60,330 bases of DNA, taken from positions 1-60,330 of the forward strand of contig CAZVYD010000002.1 in NCBI GenBank assembly GCA_964631575.1. Reading direction: 5' to 3'. Shown here piece by piece: positions 24,449-33,697 of this stretch; the stretch's first letter is position 1, and each line of letters opens with the position of its first letter. The translations under genes were made by a program, and so were the position numbers. The notes beneath the pieces were generated by a model that was given only the letters and a program-made list of their open reading frames with translations, made no database searches and was not told the origin of the DNA. This DNA is from an uncultured Candidatus Bathyarchaeia archaeon. Lineage in GTDB: Archaea; Thermoproteota; Bathyarchaeia; 40CM-2-53-6; JALHTG01.

Positions 24449-25263
24449 GTCTGGGCAGCCTCAATGATCCTGGAGCGTATTTCTGATCCTTTCGAGAGTG
24501 CGATCGCCACACCCTGCTTGACCTCTTCGATTGTGAGTGCCTCAGCTCCTCCTTTCTGCATGGCACATATTCGACCGTCCTTGTCGGAGATAACGGTCAG
24601 CCTCGCACTCATCACCTGCTCCTCGTCGAGTGATGGGTCAACAACAAGAGATTTGCCGATCTTTGCTAAGGTAACTGCAACCGGGTGGTTCTGGATTGGG
24701 AGATTCTTGAGCTCAGCCCTGTAGACGACTTCTCCGTTCTGTACTTCGTATTCGTTCATCTTTGCGCTCAGCAGAGCAGCGAGTGAGGCGATTGAGGAGG
24801 CATCTATCAGGTTGCCATCATGATCGAGCACATATACGTCAACGAAAACCACGAACACTTTCTTCCTAGGTTGGATACACAGCTCCTTCAGATTGATGGC
24901 CTTTGATTCTCTGATGCCCCTGTCCACAACTCTTGCAAGCTCAATGGCGTTCTCATTTGGCGGACCCGGCTCGAAGGACGGCGATGCGAGAGGAACAAGC
25001 TCTGCATTCACGGAGAGTACTCCCTCATCAGGGGTGTCAGGAAAGGGCTCTCCCGCTTCCACCTTCACACCTACCATGACCTTCGTTTTGCCCAAGTTGA
25101 TCAAAGCTGACCCACATGCTCTCTCTATCAGACCGATCTCAAGCTTCATTTCTCTGAAGTCGTGAAGCCCTCGGTCATCTATCCTCTTTCCAAGGGTAAG
25201 CATATCCACAACGGTTTTTTGCGCTATGGCTGCAACGGGCGGCAAATGTGGTGTCGAAGACAC
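24445..25263 (-). CDS. rrp42: Exosome complex subunit Rrp42
   Basis: RNase PH-like fold (RIDDRGLHDFREMKLEIG..., GSALINLGKTKVMVGVK). It lies downstream of rrp41 in the superoperon. Confidence 0.85.
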   Translation of the reverse strand: MSSTPHLPPVAAIAQKTVVDMLTLGKRIDDRGLHDFREMKLEIGLIERACGSALINLGKTKVMVGVKVEAGEPFPDTPDEGVLSVNAELVPLASPSFEPGPPNENAIELARVVDRGIRESKAINLKELCIQPRKKVFVVFVDVYVLDHDGNLIDASSIASLAALLSAKMNEYEVQNGEVVYRAELKNLPIQNHPVAVTLAKIGKSLVVDPSLDEEQVMSARLTVISDKDGRICAMQKGGAEALTIEEVKQGVAIALSKGSEIRSRIIEAAQT

Positions 25264-25266
25264 TGT

Positions 25267-26049
25267 CTACTCCTCCTCTCCCTTTGCCTTGTCACTTTTT
25301 TCTTCTACCTCTTCCTTTATGGCAAGGTACCTCTCTTTCAACACAGCTTTCTGTTGTTCGTGAATTGTGTGGCACGTTTTCACGGCGATGTCAAAGCCTT
25401 TCTCGAATTCCTCGTGAGTCAGGGTTCCATCCATCTGTATCAAAGTGACAAGGTTGGATTTGGGCATGACTGCAACGGGCAAGTCCGCTTCGCCTTGCTT
25501 GTCCTCGGCATCAGAGAGGTCCAGGGCGATCTGGCCAGCTATCTTTCCCACGGCTGTGGCTGCGACGAGTCCTCGCATCGGAATACCCGCATCAGCTAGC
25601 GCCAAGGAGGCGCCTGTTATTCCGGCGCACCTAGTTCCCCCATCAGACTGTAGAACTTCAATGAACAGGTCGATTGTTGTGCGAGGATAATACTCCGAGA
25701 GGACTGCAGGCTCAAGGGCTTCTCTTATGACTTTAGAGAGCTCCTGCTCCCTACGGGACGGAGCAGGCGACTTTCGTTCAGGCGTGGAAAAGGGCGCCAT
25801 GTGGTATCGACATCTCAAGACGGCTCGGTGTGGCAACGCAATATGCTTTGGATGTGCTTCTCTGGGACCGTAAACAGCCACCAGAATCCTGTTCTTGCCT
25901 TGCTCAATGTAAGCTGAGCCATCAGCCTTGTCGAGAATTCCAACTTTCATCTTGATCGGGCGGAATTCATCCAGTCTTCTTCCATCAATTCTCAAACCAG
26001 TCTCGTTTATCAGCTCGATAGGTTCCTCTTGCATGTTCAATCTATTCAC
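25267..26049 (-). CDS. rrp41: Exosome complex exonuclease Rrp41
   Basis: GLRIDGRRLDEFRPIKMKVG, DGSAYIEQGKNRILVAVYGP, MAPFST.ERK and DGGTRCAGITGASLALADAGIPM (phosphorolytic site). Confidence 0.9.
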   Translation of the reverse strand: MNRLNMQEEPIELINETGLRIDGRRLDEFRPIKMKVGILDKADGSAYIEQGKNRILVAVYGPREAHPKHIALPHRAVLRCRYHMAPFSTPERKSPAPSRREQELSKVIREALEPAVLSEYYPRTTIDLFIEVLQSDGGTRCAGITGASLALADAGIPMRGLVAATAVGKIAGQIALDLSDAEDKQGEADLPVAVMPKSNLVTLIQMDGTLTHEEFEKGFDIAVKTCHTIHEQQKAVLKERYLAIKEEVEEKSDKAKGEEE

Positions 26050-26734
26050 CTTTCATCTTGGTTCGAAGCATGACCTGTATGCGGTCGGTCAATCCCCGAG
26101 TATGGGCCTCACGTTCGATCATTCTTATCGCCTGCATGGCTGCATTCTCCGAATCTGGAGAACGGCCTGATACTAGGATGATTCCGTTCTGGCCGACAAT
26201 TATGTTTGCTCCCGTCCCCTTCTTGAGAAGGCTTATCATAGAACCTTTCCTTCCTATGAGCCTTGGAACCTTTGTAGGAGACAATTCAATTATCCTCCCA
26301 CTCGCTATCTTTCCCAAGTCCGGTCCCTTGGCAGTAATCAGAGGGTCTCGGGTTCTGTCAAATGCCAAGACCTCGGATACAACAAGATCACCTACGTCGA
26401 ACATTCTACTCAGATCCATCCTGCCCCGGGGACCTCGGTGCCCAAACGTTTCTGAGGCAGGCAGAAGAGCTGGGTAAGGGGCATTAATGTCAACAATCCA
26501 TCCAGACATGCCAATATCAACGATTCTTCCTACGACAACATCTCCTACATGAGGGATGTAGCGTCCCTTGAGCGGAATCACGCTAAGCCTATCGCCAACT
26601 ATCTCGACTACGCCGACCCTCGAAGAATATATTCTCTCACCGTCTCGGTGAGTATTCTCTCCTGACAGATGCTTCCCTTCAGCTAGAATCTCACCTGGGG
26701 CGACCAGCTGCTTCTTTTCGACATACAAGGTCAA
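26042..26734 (-). CDS. rrp4: Exosome RNA-binding subunit Rrp4 (S1 plus KH)
   Basis: N-terminal VAPGEILAEG, S1 segment PHVGDVVVGRIVDIGMSGWIVDI and KH segment RLIGRKGSMISLLKKGTGANIIVGQNG. TTG start. Confidence 0.85.
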   Translation of the reverse strand: MTLYVEKKQLVAPGEILAEGKHLSGENTHRDGERIYSSRVGVVEIVGDRLSVIPLKGRYIPHVGDVVVGRIVDIGMSGWIVDINAPYPALLPASETFGHRGPRGRMDLSRMFDVGDLVVSEVLAFDRTRDPLITAKGPDLGKIASGRIIELSPTKVPRLIGRKGSMISLLKKGTGANIIVGQNGIILVSGRSPDSENAAMQAIRMIEREAHTRGLTDRIQVMLRTKMKGE

Positions 26735-26862
26735 GCTTTGAATTCACCGATTCTCACTGAAATGGAGAACGAACAAGCTGCTCTCTACTTTAAGATTGCG
26801 GTTTGACGACTTGTCGCGTCGATCTGCAATTCGGAAGTTCTGCCTGTCCTTGATGAGCCGAA

Positions 26863-27324
26863 CTAGGATGAGCCAATTCTATAAAGATAGATCGTATGAC
26901 CGTGCGGTTCTTCGCAGACCTCGGAAGGCTTCCAGCCTGTGATTGAAAAGTCGTGCGAAACGACTCTTGAGTTCACCTTCAGCTCTTTTCCAAGCTTCGG
27001 TTTGAGCTTCTCGTTTGCGCTCGACGTCAAGTACAGGGTGACAACATCAGCTTTCGACAGATCCACTTCAAAGAAGTCTCCCCGAATGATCTGGGCTTTT
27101 CCCTCAAGGTCGAATTCCTCAAGCTGCTTTCGGGCTGTTGCCGCTAAATCTTCTCTAATCTCCACTCCGAATGCTTTGGCCATGTAGTCCTTTGCAGCGA
27201 TTACCACGATTCTTCCATCCCCACAACCCAGGTCGTACAGAACCTCGCCTTCTCTAAGCCGAGCCAAGTCCAGCATCTTTCGAACGACCTCTTCAGGAGA
27301 GGACACATATGGTGCAACGCTCAT
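26863..27324 (-). CDS. Class I SAM-dependent methyltransferase
   Basis: From the internal ATG 27324: MSVAPYVSSPEEVVRKMLDLARLREGEVLYDLGCGDGRIVV (motif I), followed by VEIREDL and DVVTLYL. Confidence 0.7.
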   Translation of the reverse strand: MSVAPYVSSPEEVVRKMLDLARLREGEVLYDLGCGDGRIVVIAAKDYMAKAFGVEIREDLAATARKQLEEFDLEGKAQIIRGDFFEVDLSKADVVTLYLTSSANEKLKPKLGKELKVNSRVVSHDFSITGWKPSEVCEEPHGHTIYLYRIGSS

Positions 27325-27412
27325 CGATATACCACGCAACTGCACACTTGCCCGCGCGTATCGATTGGCAAATATATTGGTCAGGCATAAGAGTTTCGGA
27401 GAATCGCGTGTG

Positions 27413-27763
27413 ATGGAGCTAAGCAGAAAAGAGTTCGAGAAGCAGCTTCGATGCGAACTAGCAAGAACTATCTGCACCTACATGATAAAGCATAGGGCAG
27501 CGCTCAGCATGGACTTCGTCTCGGCCTCGTGCCAATACGTTGCTACGTTGTGTGAAAACAGCCAAGATTGCGCGAAACCCGCGATGGCCTGTAAGAAAGC
27601 CACGAAAGCCCTAGCTGAGAGGAATGAGAAGGAGTACTTGGAACTATGTGCCCAAGCTTACAGTGGATGTAGCCTGAGCAGGAAAGCGAGAGAGGAATGG
27701 AAAAAGGCTGCTGAGAAGGCCGGACTCATCCGGAAGGAGAAGCACTCTGAACTTTACCGGTAG
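27413..27763 (+). CDS. Hypothetical Cys-rich helical protein
   Basis: Lies in ORF 27365-27763. ATG 27413 avoids overlap with the methyltransferase. It has 8 Cys in about 116 aa and charged helical segments. I recognise no family. Confidence 0.3.
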   Translation: MELSRKEFEKQLRCELARTICTYMIKHRAALSMDFVSASCQYVATLCENSQDCAKPAMACKKATKALAERNEKEYLELCAQAYSGCSLSRKAREEWKKAAEKAGLIRKEKHSELYR

Positions 27764-27862
27764 TTCCGAAATCTGCTCGACTGCGACATAGCGGAATCAG
27801 AGTCTGCTGGCACCGATTATGCCTCGAAGAGCCCAGACCTGGACTCAATCTGTAACTCCCCT

Positions 27863-28552
27863 TCACTTCAGGATCTTGCTTTGAATCGTACCCTGTGTGA
27901 GCTTCCCCAATCTGTCGATGAACTGGGCGTACGAGCCGGCAGGCATTTCAACTACGCCTATCCAAGACCCGTCCCGTTGCCATTCCTCTTTCGTTATCGT
28001 TCCGTAATTCTTCACCGCTCCATATGCCTTGGCTGCGTGCTCGGCGAATATCTTGACGGCGACGCGCATCTGCTCAATCTTCAACGGTATGATTGGCCTA
28101 AGCTCCTCAATAACGGTCTTCGCTTGCTCCTCTGCGCTCTTGAAAGGATCAATTGAAATCCGGACTTGCGAGAGGGCCTGCTCTATTCTTAACGGTGGAT
28201 GAGGCGTTCCTGTTCTAGGGTCAATGCAGTGCCTCGTCAAGAACGCAATGATTTGCTTTCTCTTGTTTTCAACTAGCTGCCTTCTTTGTTCTGTCGTGAG
28301 CTGAAGCTCTCCCTTCTTCATTATCTCTTCGGCAATCTTCAGAGTGTCAGTTGTCCCGAAGGCCTTCTGTTGCTTTTCTGTGGATGCACGAGTTCCTTTG
28401 CTTGCATCTGAGTATATCTCTTCTATCACCAGAAGCTGAGACACTGTCACCTGCTTCCCCATCTTGAAATCGAGAGCTTCCTCCGGCTTGACCAAGATCT
28501 CGAACTTGTCTCCGCCGACGGACAGCCTCGTCGTTGTGTACTTCTCTCCCAT
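27863..28552 (-). CDS. sdo1: SBDS/Sdo1 ribosome maturation protein
   Basis: ARLSVGGDKFEILVKPEEAL...VSQLLVIEEIYSDASKG and a three-domain length (229 aa). It sits in the conserved position next to psmA. Confidence 0.85.
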   Translation of the reverse strand: MGEKYTTTRLSVGGDKFEILVKPEEALDFKMGKQVTVSQLLVIEEIYSDASKGTRASTEKQQKAFGTTDTLKIAEEIMKKGELQLTTEQRRQLVENKRKQIIAFLTRHCIDPRTGTPHPPLRIEQALSQVRISIDPFKSAEEQAKTVIEELRPIIPLKIEQMRVAVKIFAEHAAKAYGAVKNYGTITKEEWQRDGSWIGVVEMPAGSYAQFIDRLGKLTQGTIQSKILK

Positions 28553-28673
28553 CCAGAACTCCTCTTCTCGCCCCGTCTCTAGTGCTAACTAGTAGGGCTT
28601 AACCTTTTTCGGCTCAGCTTGATCGGGCCCAAGATAGCAGAAATGACTGACAATGAATGCTCATAACAGGAGT

Positions 28674-29414
28674 CTACTTTGCGCTTGGCTTCTTCCCCGA
28701 GTTGACTTTCTTCAGGTACTTATCTATTTCCTCAGTGGTGAGCCTTTGGAACTTCTTTGTTTCCGCGGGTATGACTGCCATCCTTATCTTCTGCGCGTCA
28801 ACTTTCTCCTCAGATATCTCCGCCATACACTTCAAAGCTAGAAGGATAGCCTCCTCAAGTGAGAGGTTTTCACGATATTCTGTCTCAAGGATCTTTCTTG
28901 CGGATTCCTCTCCAGCTCCTATAGCCCAAGCCTTGAAAGCCCAGAAGGTGCCGCTCGGATCGGTCCAGAATAGTCTACAGCCCTTCTTGTCCACTCCTGC
29001 GAAAAGCTCAGAGATACCAAAAGGACGAACGCCAGCATGTTGAGTGTACATCTGCTTGATCTCTCCTATCTTTCGCGTCAGGATCTCAATGTCCACCGGT
29101 TCATCATACATTAGCCGATTGCTTTGCGCGTAAATCCTTGCCTGATCGACCAAGATGTGAGCGTCACAGCTCAGACCGGCAACGGCCACGCCCACATGGT
29201 CGTCGATTTGGAATATCTTAAGCATGAATGAGAGATCTTGAAGCTTCGACATCGCCCTTTCCTCTGCGGCCATGACAACGCCTTCAGGTGACGTCATCCC
29301 GAGCACCGTGGCACCTTTCTTGACGGTCTCGGCCGCGTATTCAACTTGGAATAGACGCCCGTCCGGTGAGAAGACAGTAATGGCACGGTCATATGCACCC
29401 GGAACAGCAAACAT
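28674..29414 (-). CDS. psmA: Proteasome alpha subunit
   Basis: MFAVPGAYDRAITVFSPDGRLFQVEYAAE (the alpha-type N-terminus), plus GVAVAGLSCDA. Confidence 0.9.
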   Translation of the reverse strand: MFAVPGAYDRAITVFSPDGRLFQVEYAAETVKKGATVLGMTSPEGVVMAAEERAMSKLQDLSFMLKIFQIDDHVGVAVAGLSCDAHILVDQARIYAQSNRLMYDEPVDIEILTRKIGEIKQMYTQHAGVRPFGISELFAGVDKKGCRLFWTDPSGTFWAFKAWAIGAGEESARKILETEYRENLSLEEAILLALKCMAEISEEKVDAQKIRMAVIPAETKKFQRLTTEEIDKYLKKVNSGKKPSAK

Positions 29415-29877
29415 CGACAAGTCTTGATCACTACCTCAAGGTGAAAGCGGCTTCTTCTGCGACAACCCAGCTCTAAAACCTTTTCCTCGCAAGTGGTCAA
29501 TTGCATTTGACATAGGCTTTCAGATCCTTAGGGTCAGACCGTCGCAGAGGCTATCATACCTTTTGGCGAAGGTCAACCTGGGACTGGCATCTTCATTCCC
29601 CAGTGTTGTTGGGGATTGCTGTATTTGATTCTTACTTCAGAGGGCTCTGATTGGTTGTCGGGATGTGCGGGCTTGGCTTTCCCCCCAACCGCAGGAACAA
29701 TGTCTCTAAACGCCTGCTAGCGAGATATGCAATGTTTGCCTTGTTGGGACACGCAATTCCATAATACGAGGTGAGGAATTTCGTTACAAGGCGCGGACAG
29801 TTCCGTATACGCGAGTATGAGTGGGTCTGAAAGGGGGGTCAGTGACGCAAGTTCATGGAAATGTCTATGTAGTGGAG

Positions 29878-30198
29878 ATGTCGGCGATTCAGGACAAGTT
29901 CGAGACTGCGGTTCTTGAGGCGGTTGATAGCGGCATAGCTGTGCTCGGTGAAAGCGTTAGAGGCGCCTTATACTATCATGTCGAACGAAGCTTTGGGATC
30001 AGGCGTGAGGAGATTCCAAAGAAGCTTGAAGCGTTTCATGAAGCCTTGGAGCGTTTGCTGGGAGAGGGTGCAAGGGTTGTTGAAAGGCTAATCGTCAGGA
30101 GCCTCTATGGTAGGCTCAGCTTAGATTTCGAAGAGCACCAAGACTGGAAACTAGTCGACTATGTGAACTACGCAGCGAAGGCTAAGGGCGGCCACTGA
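29878..30198 (+). CDS. Small hypothetical protein, co-oriented with and 3 nt upstream of the sensor kinase
   Basis: From ATG 29878: MSAIQDKFETAVLEAVDSGIAVLGESVRGALYYHVERSFGIRREEIPKKLEAFHEALERLLGEGARVVERLIV... It looks helical. No known family is recognised. Confidence 0.45.
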   Translation: MSAIQDKFETAVLEAVDSGIAVLGESVRGALYYHVERSFGIRREEIPKKLEAFHEALERLLGEGARVVERLIVRSLYGRLSLDFEEHQDWKLVDYVNYAAKAKGGH

Positions 30199-30201
30199 AA
30201 G

Positions 30202-32742
30202 ATGACACACAGAAGGGTCTCGACTCTATCTGAAACTGTTTCCAAGCAAAGCAGGACTGATGAGGAATTGAAGGGCCCTGAAACGCGGTTCCACTACGAA
30301 GGGGCCGCCACAGATATCACCGGCCGCAAGAAAACCAAAACAGCACGGGAAAACTCTGATGAACGGTTAAGGATTCTATTTGAATTTGCCCCAGATGCTT
30401 ACTATTTGAACGACTTAAAAGGAAAGTTCATCGACGGCAACAAAGTCGCAGAAGAAGTCACAGGTTTTAAGAGAGATGAGTTGATCGGAAGGAGTTTCTT
30501 AGAACTGAAACTTCTATCTCCAAAGCAGATACCGAAGGCAGCTGCACTTTTGGCTAGAAACGCTCTGGGACAACCTACCGGGCCTGACGAGTTCACTCTA
30601 AATCGAAAAGACGGCAGCCAAGTTACAGTGGAGATAAGAACGTTCCCTGTGAAGATCGGAAACAAAACTTTGGTCTTAGGCATTGCCCGTGACATTAGCG
30701 AGCGCAAGAAGATGGAGTATGAGATCCGGACCTTCACTCAGTTCCTAAGCGCAGCTGTGAACAATTCTCCTGACCCCATATTCATCAAGGATAAGGATCT
30801 CAGATACGTCGTAGTCAGCGACGCGGCATGCGAGTTCGCAGGAAGGCCCAGGGAAGAGATCTTGGGGAGAACGGCGCAGGATCTATACCCTAGAGACTTC
30901 GCAGACAGTGTCGAGAGAACGGATAGGGAAGTGCTGGAGAAGAATGCCGTTGTCGACGTTCCCGGATTGAGGAGTGTTCGCGGTAAGGAGCCCCGCATAT
31001 ATCATACAAGAAAAGCCCCGTTGATAGACGCTTCGGGCAACATAACTCACCTCATATCTATCGCACGAGATGTCACTGAGCGCAAGCGAACGGAGGAGGC
31101 ACTAGAACAGTCTGAGGTGAAGCTAAAGGCGCTTCACAGACATGCAAGAACACTCGCGGTCGCTAACACCATTGAGGATGTGGCGAAGCATACTCTTGAC
31201 GCAATGGAGTTCATATTAGGGTTCGATGTCGCTGACTTCTGTGCGGTCGAGAATGGGCATATTCACGTCTACGGATCCAGAGGAGTACAGGTGTCGCCTT
31301 CGAACTGGCCACTAGAGGGGCCGGGCGTGGTGGTCAAGAGCGTAAAGGCCAAGAGAGCGCTCAGGATTCCAGACACCAGGGAAGAGCCTTCCTTTGTAGA
31401 CAGAAGAAGCTTCTCCGGAACGAAAGAACTCCAGCCAATGCTTTCTGAACTAGTAGTGCCCGTGCTCTCAGACGGCGAGGCCGTTGCTGTCCTGAATGTG
31501 GAGAGCAATCGACTGAACGCTTTCACCGACGAGAACCAAGCGCTTCTTGAGACATTGGCGATGCATGTCGCCTCTGCTCTTGGACGTTTGAAGCAGGTCG
31601 ACACACTTGAAAGAGCCGTTGAAGAGAGGGCACGAAAACTGAAAGAGTCGGAGGAGAGGTATCGTCGTCTGATTGACAACATGACGGATGTGGTGTTCAG
31701 TATCGACCTTAAGGGAAATTTCACCTTCTGCAGCCAGGCAGCTGAGAAGATGACTGGCTGCTCTGTTCAGCAGTTACTCTCAATGAATATGAAAGAGCTG
31801 ATAGCGCCAGAACATTTCTTCGAGATACAGGAGAGACTTCAAGCTCGTGTCCAAGGAGAAAGACATCTGCCGCCACACCGGTTCGAGATTATTAGGATAG
31901 ACAGAAAGCGACTTCCAATAGAGATGAATACCTCGCCCATAGTTGAAAGAGGTATCTTGACTGGCATCCAAGGCATAGCCAGAGACATCACCGAGCTCAA
32001 GAACGTTGAGGAGAAATTACGTAAAGCTGAGCGGCTTGCTGCCATCGGTGAAACTGCTGGGATGGTTGGCCACGACTTGCGCAATCCATTGCAGGCCATA
32101 GTCAGCACCACCTACCTGGCCAAAGTGAAGTACGAGAACCTAGCTTCCACTGACAAAGAGCTGGCACAGAAGAGCGAGATGGCAGAGCTACTCACCAGTC
32201 TAGACGACCAAGTGAGCTACATGAATAAGATTATCGCGGACCTACAGGATTACTCGAATCCTGTGGAGCCTCAACTTGCTGAGAGCAACTTACGCCAGCT
32301 AGTCAAAGACACGCTCTCAGCGGTGACGATTCCACAGACAGTTAGAGTTTCTGTTGAGATTGAGAAAGATTTCCCGAAGCTGATGATCGACTCAGCCCTA
32401 GTGAGGCGAGTGTTAATCAACCTCATTACAAACGCTCTTCAAGCCATGCCTGACGGAGGGAAACTGACAATAACGGCATCCAATACAAATGAAACAGCGA
32501 CTATCAGCTTCCACGACACAGGAGTAGGCATCCCCGAAGAGAACATGCATAAACTGTTTATGCCCCTCTTCACCACCAAGGCCAAGGGCCAAGGGTTCGG
32601 GTTGCCTGTCTGTAAACGACTGGTAGAAGCTCACAACGGCACTATTGTAGTAGAGAGTAAAGTTGGAGAAGGCTCAACCTTCACAATCAAACTTCCACTC
32701 AGGAGAGAGGTGAATGAACAATGGAGAAGAAGCGTATCCTAA
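30202..32742 (+). CDS. Cytoplasmic multi-PAS/GAF sensor histidine kinase
   Basis: Three PAS-like repeats, each ending ...IARDI(S/T)E(R/L)K, and a GAF-like segment around residues 310-470. The H-box is GMVGHDLRNPLQ, the N-box NLITNALQAM, with DTGVGIP and GQGFGLP. No TM segments. Confidence 0.85.
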   Translation: MTHRRVSTLSETVSKQSRTDEELKGPETRFHYEGAATDITGRKKTKTARENSDERLRILFEFAPDAYYLNDLKGKFIDGNKVAEEVTGFKRDELIGRSFLELKLLSPKQIPKAAALLARNALGQPTGPDEFTLNRKDGSQVTVEIRTFPVKIGNKTLVLGIARDISERKKMEYEIRTFTQFLSAAVNNSPDPIFIKDKDLRYVVVSDAACEFAGRPREEILGRTAQDLYPRDFADSVERTDREVLEKNAVVDVPGLRSVRGKEPRIYHTRKAPLIDASGNITHLISIARDVTERKRTEEALEQSEVKLKALHRHARTLAVANTIEDVAKHTLDAMEFILGFDVADFCAVENGHIHVYGSRGVQVSPSNWPLEGPGVVVKSVKAKRALRIPDTREEPSFVDRRSFSGTKELQPMLSELVVPVLSDGEAVAVLNVESNRLNAFTDENQALLETLAMHVASALGRLKQVDTLERAVEERARKLKESEERYRRLIDNMTDVVFSIDLKGNFTFCSQAAEKMTGCSVQQLLSMNMKELIAPEHFFEIQERLQARVQGERHLPPHRFEIIRIDRKRLPIEMNTSPIVERGILTGIQGIARDITELKNVEEKLRKAERLAAIGETAGMVGHDLRNPLQAIVSTTYLAKVKYENLASTDKELAQKSEMAELLTSLDDQVSYMNKIIADLQDYSNPVEPQLAESNLRQLVKDTLSAVTIPQTVRVSVEIEKDFPKLMIDSALVRRVLINLITNALQAMPDGGKLTITASNTNETATISFHDTGVGIPEENMHKLFMPLFTTKAKGQGFGLPVCKRLVEAHNGTIVVESKVGEGSTFTIKLPLRREVNEQWRRSVS

Positions 32743-33176
32743 TCGTGGACGACGAGAAAGCCGTCCTTAAGAGCTTCAGAGGAATCCTCGAGTTGAAAGG
32801 ATACAGCGTTGACACGGCGGAGACTGGCCGAGAAGCCATAGAGAAGTCGAAAGCGAGTTTCTACAATCTGGCTTTGATTGACATACGCCTGCCAGATATG
32901 GAAGGCACGGAACTCTTGCTTAGAATGAGAGAGACTACGCCGAAGATGGTCAAGATAATAGTTACAGGCTATCCATCGCTACAGAACGCTATTGAAGCCG
33001 TCAACAAAGGGGCCGACGGCTATGTAGTCAAGCCAGTCAGTGTGGACGAGCTGCTAAACAAAGTCAAGGAACACTTGCAGAAACAGGAAGGAGCCCAGAA
33101 ATACAGCGAAGAAAAAGTCAAAGAGTACATTGAAACACGAGCCGAAGAACACAGGACAAAGAGCCCAAAGAACTAA
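32721..33176 (+). CDS. Stand-alone response regulator receiver protein
   Basis: KRILIVDDEK..., phospho-acceptor context LALIDIRLPDMEG, IIVTGY and the conserved Lys in GYVVKP. There is no output domain. It overlaps the kinase gene end. Confidence 0.85.
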   Translation: MEKKRILIVDDEKAVLKSFRGILELKGYSVDTAETGREAIEKSKASFYNLALIDIRLPDMEGTELLLRMRETTPKMVKIIVTGYPSLQNAIEAVNKGADGYVVKPVSVDELLNKVKEHLQKQEGAQKYSEEKVKEYIETRAEEHRTKSPKN

Positions 33177-33697
33177 AGCGATGGCTAGTACACTGGTCGT
33201 CAGTACGGCGCAGTACGCTGCAGCGCAAAGTAATGTTATCCCTGAGCGTACTAGGCAAGTGCAAGTTGAGAATTTTCAGTGTTCTCTTCGGATCCTCTTC
33301 TGGGTTCTCCTACTTTTGTGGCACACGGGTGGGGGGCTGTGATCGTCTGTTAGGTTGTGCGCAGTTTCCCACCTAGCAAAGGCTGTTTCTCAGCTTTTCT
33401 CCACGGCTTTGCCGGCAAGAAGTCTACTCTAGCTAGGCCTGTTCTTGTCAAATGATGGACGCTCGACTCCAAAAAATCCGAAAGTCGAGGCATCAGAGCT
33501 CGACTATGATAGGCTCATGAAGAACTGGGCCTAAGCATCATGTAATCTCAAACCCTGAAGTCTATTCATCTCTCCGAAGATCCTACCACGATGTCCGACA
33601 TCAAACAAAACTAGATCGTTCCTTCCGCCCAGACTAGATCCGTATGATATCATCGCCTCTAAGAACGAAGTAGCAGGTTCCCTTTCCTGACACAAAC

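Noticed and set aside
29421-29820. 400-nt intergenic region as a possible SRP RNA, RNase P RNA or other large ncRNA
   Set aside because: I found no conserved SRP domain IV or RNase P core motifs by eye. It is more likely divergent promoter and leader DNA. It remains unverified without a covariance-model scan.
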